DNA of 64,000 nucleotides from assembly GCA_964057225.1 (NCBI GenBank), contig OZ059900.1, positions 1,488,001 to 1,552,000 on the forward strand, given 5' to 3'. Origin of the DNA: Auanema rhodensis. Taxonomy: Eukaryota > Animalia > Nematoda. Below, one piece after another: positions 1-12,400 of the stretch (position 1 is its first letter; every line of letters starts with the position of its first letter). A program made the position numbers and the translations under genes. A model generated the notes under the pieces. The model made no database searches and was not told the DNA's origin. It saw only the letters and a list, made by a program, of their open reading frames with translations.

Positions 1-347
1 AAATCTGTAATACTCGTAAATTTTGATCATATTCGTTAAGATTTGAGAATCAAACATACAATACACAAAATCAGTCTATTTTTACGAGTTTGCACTGATA
101 TATATTCATTTTGATCAAAAAAGGTCGAAAATAGAAAGAATTTTTGAAATTTCCGAGTTTTGAGTCTAATTTGGCTAAATCGCTCATATATATGATCAAA
201 AGCATAGTTTTATTGTCTATGACAACAAAAGTCGTCAATTAAACGCTAGTGATGTTTAAATACTGAATTTCGCTCAAATAGCATTACTACACTAAGTATG
301 GTCGTTTTTATGCCTTTAACACCATATACTCACCGATTTTTGGTACA
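1..347. repeat. Representative satellite monomer (347-bp allele; the 348-bp allele is at 348..695)
   Basis: The length difference comes from a 1-bp indel: tttaaatactga (347) vs aaatcactga/aaatcactaa (348). A second, rarer 1-bp deletion gives caaatgcatt instead of caaatagcatt (e.g. ~43741). Confidence 0.97.
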
Positions 348-784
348 AAATCTGTAATACTCGTAAATTTTGATCATATTCGTTAAGATTTGAGAATCAA
401 ACATACAATACACAAAATCAGTCTATTTTTATGAGCTTGCACTGATATATATTCATTTTGATCAAAAAAGGTCGAAAATAGAAAGAATTTTTGAAATTTA
501 CGAGTTTTGAGTCTAATTTGGCTAAATCGCTCATATATATGATCAGAAGCATAGTTTTATTGTCTATGACAACAAAAGTCATTAGTTAAACACTAATGAT
601 GTTTAAATCACTAAATTTCGCTCAAATAGCATTACTACACTAAGTATGGTCGTTTTTATGCCTTTAACACCATATACTCACCGATTTTTGGTACAAAATC
701 TGTAATACTTGTAAATTTTGATCATATTCGTTAAGATTCGAGAATCAAACACATAATACACGAAATAATTCTATTTTTATGAGT

Positions 785-3727
785 TTGCACTGATATTTAT
801 TCATTTTGATCAAAAAAGGTCGAAAATAGAAAGAATTTTTGAATTTTCCGAGTTTTGAGTCCAATTGGGCTAAATCGCTCATATATATGATCAAAAGCAT
901 AGTTTTACTGTCTATGATAACAAAAGTCTTCAAATATACACTAATAATGATTTAATCACTGAATTTCACTCAAATAGCATTACTACACTAAGTATGGTCG
1001 TTTTTATGCCTTTAACACCATATACTCACCGATTTTTGGTACAAAATCTGTGATACTCGTAAATTTTGATCATATTGGGTGAGATTCGAGAATCAAACAC
1101 ACAATACACGAAATAAGTTTATTTTTACGAGTTTGCACTGATATTTATTCATTTTGATCAAAAAAGGTCGAAAATAGAAAGAATTTTTGAAATTTCCGAG
1201 TTTTGAGTCTAATTTGGCTAAATCGCTCATATATATGATCAAAAGCATAGTTTTACTGTCTATGATAACAAAAGTCTTCAAATATACACTAATAATGTGT
1301 AAATCACTGAATTTCACTCAAATAGCATTACTACACTAAGTATGGTCGTTTTTATGCCTTTAACACCATATACTCACCGATTTTTGGTACAAAATCTGTG
1401 ATACTCGTAAATTTTGATTATATTCGGTGAGATTCGAGAATAAAACACACAATACACGAAATAAGTTTATTTTTACGAGTTTGCACTGATATTTATTCAT
1501 TTTGATCAAAAAAGGTCGAAAATAGAAAGAATTTTTGAAATTTCCGAGTTTTGAGTCTAATTTGGCTAAATCGCTCATATATATGATCAGAAGCATAGTT
1601 TTATTGTCTATGACAACGAAAGTCATTAATTAAACACTAATGATGTTTAAATCACTAAATTTCGCTCAAATAGCATTACTACACTAAGTATGGTCGTTTT
1701 TATGCCTTTAACACCATATACTCACCGATTTTTGGTACAAAATCTGTAATACTCGTAAATTTTGATCATATTCGTTAAGATTTGAGAATCAAACATACAA
1801 TACACAAAATCAGTCTATTTTTATGAGCTTGCACTGATATATATTCATTTTGATCAAAAAAGGTCAAAAATAGAAAGAATTTTTGAAATTTACGAGTTTT
1901 GAGTCTAATTTGGCTAAATCGCTCATATATATGATCAGAAGCATAGTTTTATTGTCTATGACAACGAAAGTCATTAATTAAACACTAATGATGTTTAAAT
2001 CACTAAATTTCGCTCAAATAGCATTACTACACTAAGTATGGTCGTTTTTATGCCTTTAACACCATATACTCACCGATTTTTGGTACAAAATCTGTAATAC
2101 TCGTAAATTTTGATCATATTCGGTGAGATTCGAGAATCAAACACACAATACACGAAATAAGTTTATTTTGACGAGTTTGCACTGATATTTATTCATTTTG
2201 ATCAAAAAAGGTCGAAAATAGAAAGAATTTTTGAATTTTCCGAGTTTTGAGTCCAATTGGGCTAAATCGCTCATATATATGATCAAAAGCATAGTTTTAC
2301 TGTCTATGATAACAAAAGTCTTCAAATATACACTAATAATGATTTAATCACTGAATTTCACTCAAATAGCATTACTACACTAAGTATGGTCGTTTTTATG
2401 CCTTTAACACCATATACTCACCGATTTTTGGTACAAAATCTGTGATACTCGTAAATTTTGATCATATTGGGTGAGATTCGAGAATCAAACACACAATACA
2501 CGAAATAAGTTTATTTTTACGAGTTTGCACTGATATTTATTCATTTTGATCAAAAAAGGTCGAAAATAGAAAGAATTTTTGAAATTTCCGAGTTTTGAGT
2601 CTAATTTGGCTAAATCGCTCATATATATGATCAAAAGCATAGTTTTACTGTCTATGATAACAAAAGTCTTCAAATATACACTAATAATGTGTAAATCACT
2701 GAATTTCACTCAAATAGCATTACTACACTAAGTATGGTCGTTTTTATGCCTTTAACACCATATACTCACCGATTTTTGGTACAAAATCTGTGATACTCGT
2801 AAATTTTGATTATATTCGGTGAGATTCGAGAATAAAACACACAATACACGAAATAAGTTTATTTTTACGAGTTTGCACTGATATTTATTCATTTTGATCA
2901 AAAAAGGTCGAAAATAGAAAGAATTTTTGAAATTTCCGAGTTTTGAGTCTAATTTGGCTAAATCGCTCATATATATGATCAGAAGCATAGTTTTATTGTC
3001 TATGACAACGAAAGTCATTAATTAAACACTAATGATGTTTAAATCACTAAATTTCGCTCAAATAGCATTACTACACTAAGTATGGTCGTTTTTATGCCTT
3101 TAACACCATATACTCACCGATTTTTGGTACAAAATCTGTAATACTCGTAAATTTTGATCATATTCGTTAAGATTTGAGAATCAAACATACAATACACAAA
3201 ATCAGTCTATTTTTATGAGCTTGCACTGATATATATTCATTTTGATCAAAAAAGGTCGAAAATAGAAAGAATTTTTGAAATTTACGAGTTTTGAGTCTAA
3301 TTTGGCTAAATCGCTCATATATATGATCAGAAGCATAGTTTTATTGTCTATGACAACGAAAGTCATTAATTAAACACTAATGATGTTTAAATCACTAAAT
3401 TTCGCTCAAATAGCATTACTACACTAAGTATGGTCGTTTTTATGCCTTTAACACCATATACTCACCGATTTTTGGTACAAAATCTGTAATACTCGTAAAT
3501 TTTGATCATATTCGGTGAGATTCGAGAATCAAACACACAATACACGAAATAAGTTTATTTTGACGAGTTTGCACTGATATTTATTCATTTTGATCAAAAA
3601 AGGTCGAAAATAGAAAGAATTTTTGAATTTTCCGAGTTTTGAGTCCAATTGGGCTAAATCGCTCATATATATGATCAAAAGCATAGTTTTACTGTCTATG
3701 ATAACAAAAGTCTTCAAATATACACTA
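785..3727. repeat. 4-monomer higher-order repeat (1392-bp period), about two copies
   Basis: ORF variants recur at +1392 (1093/2485, 1360/2752). Private variants catattgggtgag (~1071, ~2463) and gattatattc...gagaataaaac (~1415, ~2808) share that offset. Confidence 0.9.
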
Positions 3728-6456
3728 ATGATGTGTAAATCACTGAATTTCACTCAAATAGCTTTACTACACTAAGTATGGTCGTTTTTATGCCTTTAAC
3801 ACCATATACTCACCGATTTTTGGTACAAAATCTGTAATACTCGTAAATTTTGATCATATTCGTTAAGATTTGAGAATCAAACATACAATACACAAAATCA
3901 GTCTATTTTTATGAGCTTGCACTGATATATATTCATTTTGATCAAAAAAGGTCGAAAATAGAAAGAATTTTTGAAATTTCCGAGTTTTGAGTCTAATTTG
4001 GCTAAATCGCTCATATATATGATCAGAAGCATAGTTTTATTGTCTATGACAACGAAAGTCATTAATTAAACACTAATGATGTTTAAATCACTAAATTTCG
4101 CTCAAATAGCATTACTACACTAAGTATGGTCGTTTTTATGCCTTTAACACCATATACTCACCGATTTTTGGTACAAAATCTGTAATACTCGTAAATTTTG
4201 ATCATATTCGTTAAGATTTGAGAATCAAACATACAATACACAAAATCAGTCTATTTTTATGAGCTTGCACTGATATATATTCATTTTGATCAAAAAAGGT
4301 CAAAAATAGAAAGAATTTTTGAAATTTACGAGTTTTGAGTCTAATTTGGCTAAATCGCTCATATATATGATCAGAAGCATAGTTTTATTGTCTATGACAA
4401 CGAAAGTCATTAATTAAACACTAATGATGTTTAAATCACTAAATTTCGCTCAAATAGCATTACTACACTAAGTATGGTCGTTTTTATGCCTTTAACACCA
4501 TATACTCACCGATTTTTGGTACAAAATCTGTAATACTCGTAAATTTTGATCATATTCGGTGAGATTCGAGAATCAAACACACAATACACGAAATAAGTTT
4601 ATTTTGACGAGTTTGCACTGATATTTATTCATTTTGATCAAAAAAGGTCGAAAATAGAAAGAATTTTTGAATTTTCCGAGTTTTGAGTCCAATTGGGCTA
4701 AATCGCTCATATATATGATCAAAAGCATAGTTTTACTGTCTATGATAACAAAAGTCTTCAAATATACACTAATAATGATTTAATCACTGAATTTCACTCA
4801 AATAGCATTACTACACTAAGTATGGTCGTTTTTATGCCTTTAACACCATATACTCACCGATTTTTGGTACAAAATCTGTGATACTCGTAAATTTTGATCA
4901 TATTGGGTGAGATTCGAGAATCAAACACACAATACACGAAATAAGTTTATTTTTACGAGTTTGCACTGATATTTATTCATTTTGATCAAAAAAGGTCGAA
5001 AATAGAAAGAATTTTTGAAATTTCCGAGTTTTGAGTCTAATTTGGCTAAATCGCTCATATATATGATCAAAAGCATAGTTTTACTGTCTATGATAACAAA
5101 AGTCTTCAAATATACACTAATAATGTGTAAATCACTGAATTTCACTCAAATAGCATTACTACACTAAGTATGGTCGTTTTTATGCCTTTAACACCATATA
5201 CTCACCGATTTTTGGTACAAAATCTGTGATACTCGTAAATTTTGATTATATTCGGTGAGATTCGAGAATAAAACACACAATACACGAAATAAGTTTATTT
5301 TTACGAGTTTGCACTGATATTTATTCATTTTGATCAAAAAAGGTCGAAAATAGAAAGAATTTTTGAAATTTCCGAGTTTTGAGTCTAATTTGGCTAAATC
5401 GCTCATATATATGATCAGAAGCATAGTTTTATTGTCTATGACAACGAAAGTCATTAATTAAACACTAATGATGTTTAAATCACTAAATTTCGCTCAAATA
5501 GCATTACTACACTAAGTATGGTCGTTTTTATGCCTTTAACACCATATACTCACCGATTTTTGGTACAAAATCTGTAATACTCGTAAATTTTGATCATATT
5601 CGTTAAGATTTGAGAATCAAACATACAATACACAAAATCAGTCTATTTTTATGAGCTTGCACTGATATATATTCATTTTGATCAAAAAAGGTCGAAAATA
5701 GAAAGAATTTTTGAAATTTACGAGTTTTGAGTCTAATTTGGCTAAATCGCTCATATATATGATCAGAAGCATAGTTTTATTGTCTATGACAACGAAAGTC
5801 ATTAATTAAACACTAATGATGTTTAAATCACTAAATTTCGCTCAAATAGCATTACTACACTAAGTATGGTCGTTTTTATGCCTTTAACACCATATACTCA
5901 CCGATTTTTGGTACAAAATCTGTAATACTCGTAAATTTTGATCATATTCGGTGAGATTCGAGAATCAAACACACAATACACGAAATAAGTTTATTTTGAC
6001 GAGTTTGCACTGATATTTATTCATTTTGATCAAAAAAGGTCGAAAATAGAAAGAATTTTTGAATTTTCCGAGTTTTGAGTCCAATTGGGCTAAATCGCTC
6101 ATATATATGATCAAAAGCATAGTTTTACTGTCTATGATAACAAAAGTCTTCAAATATACACTAATGATGTGTAAATCACTGAATTTCACTCAAATAGCTT
6201 TACTACACTAAGTATGGTCGTTTTTATGCCTTTAACACCATATACTCACCGATTTTTGGTACAAAATCTGTAATACTCGTAAATTTTGATCATATTCGTT
6301 AAGATTTGAGAATCAAACATACAATACACAAAATCAGTCTATTTTTATGAGCTTGCACTGATATATATTCATTTTGATCAAAAAAGGTCGAAAATAGAAA
6401 GAATTTTTGAAATTTCCGAGTTTTGAGTCTAATTTGGCTAAATCGCTCATATATAT
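1495..6456. repeat. 7-monomer higher-order tandem duplication (2436-bp period), two copies
   Basis: ORF pairs at +2436: 2137/4573, 2485/4921, 2752/5188, 3529/5965. The rare variant ggtcaaaaat occurs at ~1862 and ~4298. Confidence 0.92.
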
Positions 6457-9400
6457 AATCAAAAGCATAGTTTCACTGTCTATGATAACAAAAGTCTTCA
6501 AATATACACTAATAATGTGTAAATCACTGAATTTCACTCAAATAGCTTTACTACACTAAGTATGGTCGTTTTTATGCCTTTAACACCATATACTCAACGA
6601 TTTTTGGTACAAAATCTGTAATACTCGTAAATTTTGATCATATTCGTTAAGATTTGAGAATCAAACATACAATACACAAAATCAGTCTATTTTTATGAGC
6701 TTGCACTGATATATATTCATTTTGATCAAAAAAGGTCGAAAATAGAAAGAATTTTTGAAATTTCCGAGTTTTGAGTCTAATTTGGCTAAATCGCTCATAT
6801 ACATGATCAGAAGCATAGTTTTATTGTCTATGACAACAAAAGTCATCAACTAAACGCTAGTGATGTTTAAATACTGATTTTCGCTCAAATAGCATTACTA
6901 CACTAAGTATGGTCGTTTTTATGCCTTTAACACCATATACTCACCGATTTTTGGTACAAAATCTGTAATACTCGTAAATTTTGATCATATTCGGTGAGAT
7001 TCGAGAATCAAACACACAATACACGAAATAAGTTTATTTTTACGAGTTTGCACTGATATTTATTCATTTTGATCAAAAAAGGTCGAAAATAGAAAGAATT
7101 TTTGAAATTTCCGAGTTTTGAGTCTAATTTGACTAAATCGCTCATATATATGATCAAAAGCATAGTTTTATTGTCTATGACAACAAAAGTCATCAATTAA
7201 ACGCTAGTGATGTTTAAATACTGAATTTCGCTCAAATAGCATTACTACACTAAGTATGGTCGTTTTTATGCCTTTAACACCATATACTCACCGATTTTTG
7301 GTACAAAATCTGTAATACTCGTAAATTTTGATCATATTCGTTAAGATTTGAGAATCAAACATACAATACACAAAATCAGTCTATTTTTATGAGCTTGCAC
7401 TGATATATATTCATTTTGATCAAAAAAGGTCGAAAATAGAAAGAATTTTTGAAATTTACGAGTTTTGAGTCTAATTTGGCTAAATCGCTCATATATATGA
7501 TCAGAAGCATAGTTTTATTGTCTATGACAACAAAAGTCATTATTTAAACACTAATGATGTTTAAATCACTAAATTTCGCTCAAATAGCATTACTACACTA
7601 AGTATGGTCGTTTTTATGCCTTTAACACCATATACTCACCGATTTTTGGTACAAAATCTGTAATACTTGTAAATTTTGATCATATTCGTTAAGATTCGAG
7701 AATCAAACACATAATACACGAAATAAGTCTATTTTTATGAGTTTGCACTGATATTTATTCATTTTGATCAAAAAAGGTCGAAAATAGAAAGAATTTTTGA
7801 ATTTTCCGAGTTTTGAGTCCAATTGGGCTAAATCGCTCATATATGTGATCAAAAGCATAGTTTTATTGTCTATGACAACAAAAGTCATCAACTAAACGCT
7901 AATAATGTGTAAATCACTGAATTTCACTCAAATAGCTTTACTACACTAAGTATGGTCGTTTTTATGCCTTTAACACCATATACTCACCGATTTTTGGTAC
8001 AAAATCTGTAATACTCGTAAATTTTGATCATATTCGGTGAGATTCGAGAATCAAACACACAATACACGAAATAAGTTTATTTTTACGAGTTTGCACTGAT
8101 ATTTATTCATTTTGATCAAAAAAGGTCGAAAATAGAAAGAATTTTTGAAATTTCCGAGTTTTGAGTCTAATTTGGCTAAATCGCTCATATATATGATCAA
8201 AAGCATAGTTTTATTGTCTATGACAACAAAAGTCATCAATTAAACGCTAGTGATGTTTAAATACTGAATTTCGCTCAAATAGCATTACTACACTAAGTAT
8301 GGTCGTTTTTATGCCTTTAACACCATATACTCACCGATTTTTGGTACAAAATCTGTAATACTCGTAAATTTTGATCATATTCGTTAAGATTTGAGAATCA
8401 AACATACAATACACAAAATCAGTCTATTTTTATGAGCTTGCACTGATATATATTCATTTTGATCAAAAAAGGTCGAAAATAGAAAGAATTTTTGAAATTT
8501 ACGAGTTTTGAGTCTAATTTGGCTAAATCGCTCATATATATGATCAGAAGCATAGTTTTATTGTCTATGACAACAAAAGTCATTAACTAAACACTAATGA
8601 TGTTTAAATCACTAAATTTCGCTCAAATAGCATTACTACACTAAGTATGGTCGTTTTTATGCCTTTAACACCATATACTCACCGATTTTTGGTACAAAAT
8701 CTGTAATACTTGTAAATTTTGATCATATTCGTTAAGATTCGAGAATCAAACACATAATACACGAAATAAGTCTATTTTTATGAGTTTGCACTGATATTTA
8801 TTCATTTTGATCAAAAAAGGTCGAAAATAGAAAGAATTTTTGAATTTTCCGAGTTTTGAGTCCAATTGGGCTAAATCGCTCATATATATGATCAAAAGCA
8901 TAGTTTTATTGTCTATGACAACAAAAGTCATCAACTAAACGCTAATAATGTGTAAATCACTGAATTTCACTCAAATAGCTTTACTACACTAAGTATGGTC
9001 GTTTTTATGCCTTTAACACCATATACTCACCGATTTTTGGTACAAAATCTGTAATACTCGTAAATTTTGATCATATTCGTTAAGATTTGAGAATCAAACA
9101 TACAATACACAAAATCAGTCTATTTTTATGAGCTTGCACTGATATATATTCATTTTGATCAAAAAAGGTCGAAAATAGAAAGAATTTTTGAAATTTCCGA
9201 GTTTTGAGTCTAATTTGGCTAAATCGCTCATATATATGATCAGAAGCATAGTTTTATTGTCAATGACAACAAAAATCATCAATTAAACGCTAGTGATGTT
9301 TAAATACTGATTTTCGCTCAAATAGCATTACTACACTAAGTATGGTCGTTTTTATGCCTTTAACACCATATACTCACCGATTTTTGGTACAAAATCTGTA

Positions 9401-12400
9401 ATACTTGTAAATTTTGATCATATTCGTTAAGATTCGAGAATCAAACACATAATACACGAAATAAGTCTATTTTTACAAGTTTGCACTGATATTTATTCAT
9501 TTTGATCAAAAAAGATCGAAAATAGAAAGAATTTTTGAAATTTCCGAGTTTTGAGTCCAATTTGGCTAAATCGCTCATATATATGATCAAAAGCATAGTT
9601 TTATTGTCTATAACAACAAAAGTCATCAATTAAACGCTAGTGATGTTTTAATACTGAATTTCGCTCAAATAGCATTACTACACTAAGTATGGTCGTTTTT
9701 ATGCCTTTAACACCATATACTCACCGATTTTTGGTACAAAATCTGTGATACTCGTAAATTTTGATCATATTCGGTGAGATTCGAGAATCAAACACACAAT
9801 ACACGAAATAAGTTTATTTTGACGAGTTTGCACTGATATTTATTCATTTTGATCAAAAAAGGTCGAAAATAGAAAGATTTTTTGAAATTTCCGAGTTTTG
9901 AGTCTAATTTGGCTAAATCGCTCATATATATGATCAGAAGCATAGATGTATTGTCTATGACAACAAAAGTCATTAATTGAACACTAATGATGTTTAAATC
10001 ACTGAATTTCGCTCAAATAGCATTACTACACTAAGGATGGTCGTTTTTATGCCTTTAACACCATATACTCACCGATTTTTGGTACAAAATCTGTGATACT
10101 CGTAAATTTTGATCATATTCGGTGAGATTCGAGAATCAAACACACAATACACGAAATAAGTTTATTTTTACGAGTTTGCACTGATATTTATTCATTTTGA
10201 TCAAAAAAGGTCGAAAATAGAAAGAATTTTTGAAATTTCCGAGTTTTGAGTCTAATTTGGCTAAATCGCTCATATATATGATCAAAAGCATAGTTTTATT
10301 GTCTATGACAACAAAAGTCATCAATTAAACGCTAGTGATGTTTAAATACTGAATTTCGCTCAAATAGCATTACTACACTAAGTATGGTCGTTTTTATGCC
10401 TTTAACACCATATACTCACCGATTTTTGGTACAAAATCTGTAATACTCGTAAATTTTGATCATATTCGTTAAGATTTGAGGATCAAACATACAATACACA
10501 AAATCAGTCTATTTTTATGAGCTTGCACTGATATATATTCATTTTGATCAAAAAAGGTCGAAAATAGAAAGAATTTTTGAAATTTACGAGTTTTGAGTCT
10601 AATTTGGCTAAATCGCTCATATATATGATCAGAAGCATAGTTTTATTGTCTATGACAACAAAAGTCATTAATTAAACACTAATAATGATTAAATCACTGA
10701 ATTTCACTCAAATAGCATTACTACACTAAGTATGGTCGTTTTTATGCCTTTAACACCATATACTCACCGATTTTTGGTACAAAATCTGTGATACTCGTAA
10801 ATTTTGATCATATTCGGTGAGATTCGAGAATCAAACACACAATACACGAAATAAGTTTATTTTTACGAGTTTGCACTGATATTTATTCATTTTGATCAAA
10901 AAAGGTCGAAAATAGAAAGAATTTTTGAAATTTCCGAGTTTTGAGTCTAATTTGGCTAAATCGCTCATATACATGATCAGAAGCATAGTTTTATTGTCTA
11001 TGACAACAAAAGTCATCAATTAAACGCTAGTAATGTTTAAATACTGATTTTCGCTCAAATAGCATTACTACACTAAGTATGGTCGTTTTTATGCCTTTAA
11101 CACCATATACTCACCGATTTTTGGTACAAAATCTGTAATACTCGTAAATTTTGATCATATTCGTTAAGATTTGAGAATCAAACATACAATACACAAAGTC
11201 AGTCTATTTTTATGAGCTTGCACTGATATATATTCATTTTGATCAAAAAAGGTCGAAAATAGAAAGAATTTTTGAAATTTACGAGTTTTGAGTCTAATTT
11301 GGCTAAATCGCTCATATATATGATCAGAAGCATAGTTTTATTGTCTATGACAACAAAAGTCATTAGTTAAACAATAATGATGTTTAAATCACTAAATTTC
11401 GCTCAAATAGCATTACTACACTAAGTATGGTCGTTTTTATGCCTTTAACACCATATACTCACCGATTTTTGGTACAAAATCTGTAATACTTGTAAATTTT
11501 GATCATATTCGTTAAGATTCGAGAATCAAACACATAATACACGAAATAAGTCTATTTTTATGAGTTTGCACTGATATTTATTCATTTTGATCAAAAAAGG
11601 TCGAAAATAGAAAGAATTTTTGAATTTTCCGAGTTTTGAGTCCAATTGGGCTAAATCGCTCATATATATGATCAAAAGCATAGTTTTACTGTCTATGATA
11701 ACAAAAGTCTTCAAATATACACTAATAATGATTTAATCACTGAATTTCACTCAAATAGCATTACTACACTAAGTATGGTCGTTTTTATGCCTTTAACACC
11801 ATATACTCACCGATTTTTGGTACAAAATCTGTGATACTCGTAAATTCTGATCATATTCGGTGAGATTCGAGAATCAAACACACAATACACGAAATAAGTT
11901 TATTTTTACGAGTTTGCACTGATATTTATTCATTTTGATCAATAAAGGTCGAAAATAGAAAGAATTTTTGAAATTTCCGAGTTTTGAGTCTAATTTGGCT
12001 AAATCGCTCATATATATGATCAAAAGCATAGTTTTACTGTCTATGATAACAAAAGTCTTCAAATATACACTAATAATGTGTAAATCACTGAATTTCACTC
12101 AAATAGCATTACTACACTAAGTATGGTCGTTTTTATGCCTTTAACACCATATACTCACCGATTTTTGGTACAAAATCTGTAATACTCGTAAATTTTGATC
12201 ATATTCGTTAAGATTTGAGAATCAAACATACAATACACAAAATCAGTCTATTTTTATGAGCTTGCACTGATATATATTCATTTTGATCAAAAAAGGTCGA
12301 AAATAGAAAGAATTTTTGAAATTTACGAGTTTTGAATCTAATTTGGCTAAATCGCTCATATATATGATCAAAAGCATAGTTTTACTGTCTATGATAACAA

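Noticed and set aside
184-200. TATA-like or promoter/terminator motifs and GATC sites as regulatory elements
   Set aside because: These are expected by chance in 71% AT DNA and there is no associated gene.
1-347. Assignment to a named ~350-bp satellite (plant, beetle or Drosophila families of similar length)
   Set aside because: Only length and AT content are similar; I cannot match the sequence to any family without a database search.
1-347. 5S rDNA, tRNA, snRNA or spliced-leader tandem gene unit
   Set aside because: No recognisable 5S, tRNA cloverleaf, Pol III A/B/C box or snRNA motif, and the unit is uniformly ~29% GC.
726-743. CENP-B box-like motif attcgttaagattcgaga
   Set aside because: It resembles NTTCGNNNNANNCGGGN, but the two CpGs are 10 bp apart rather than 9 and CGGG is CGAG. 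It is better explained as a 10-bp-spaced attcg direct repeat.
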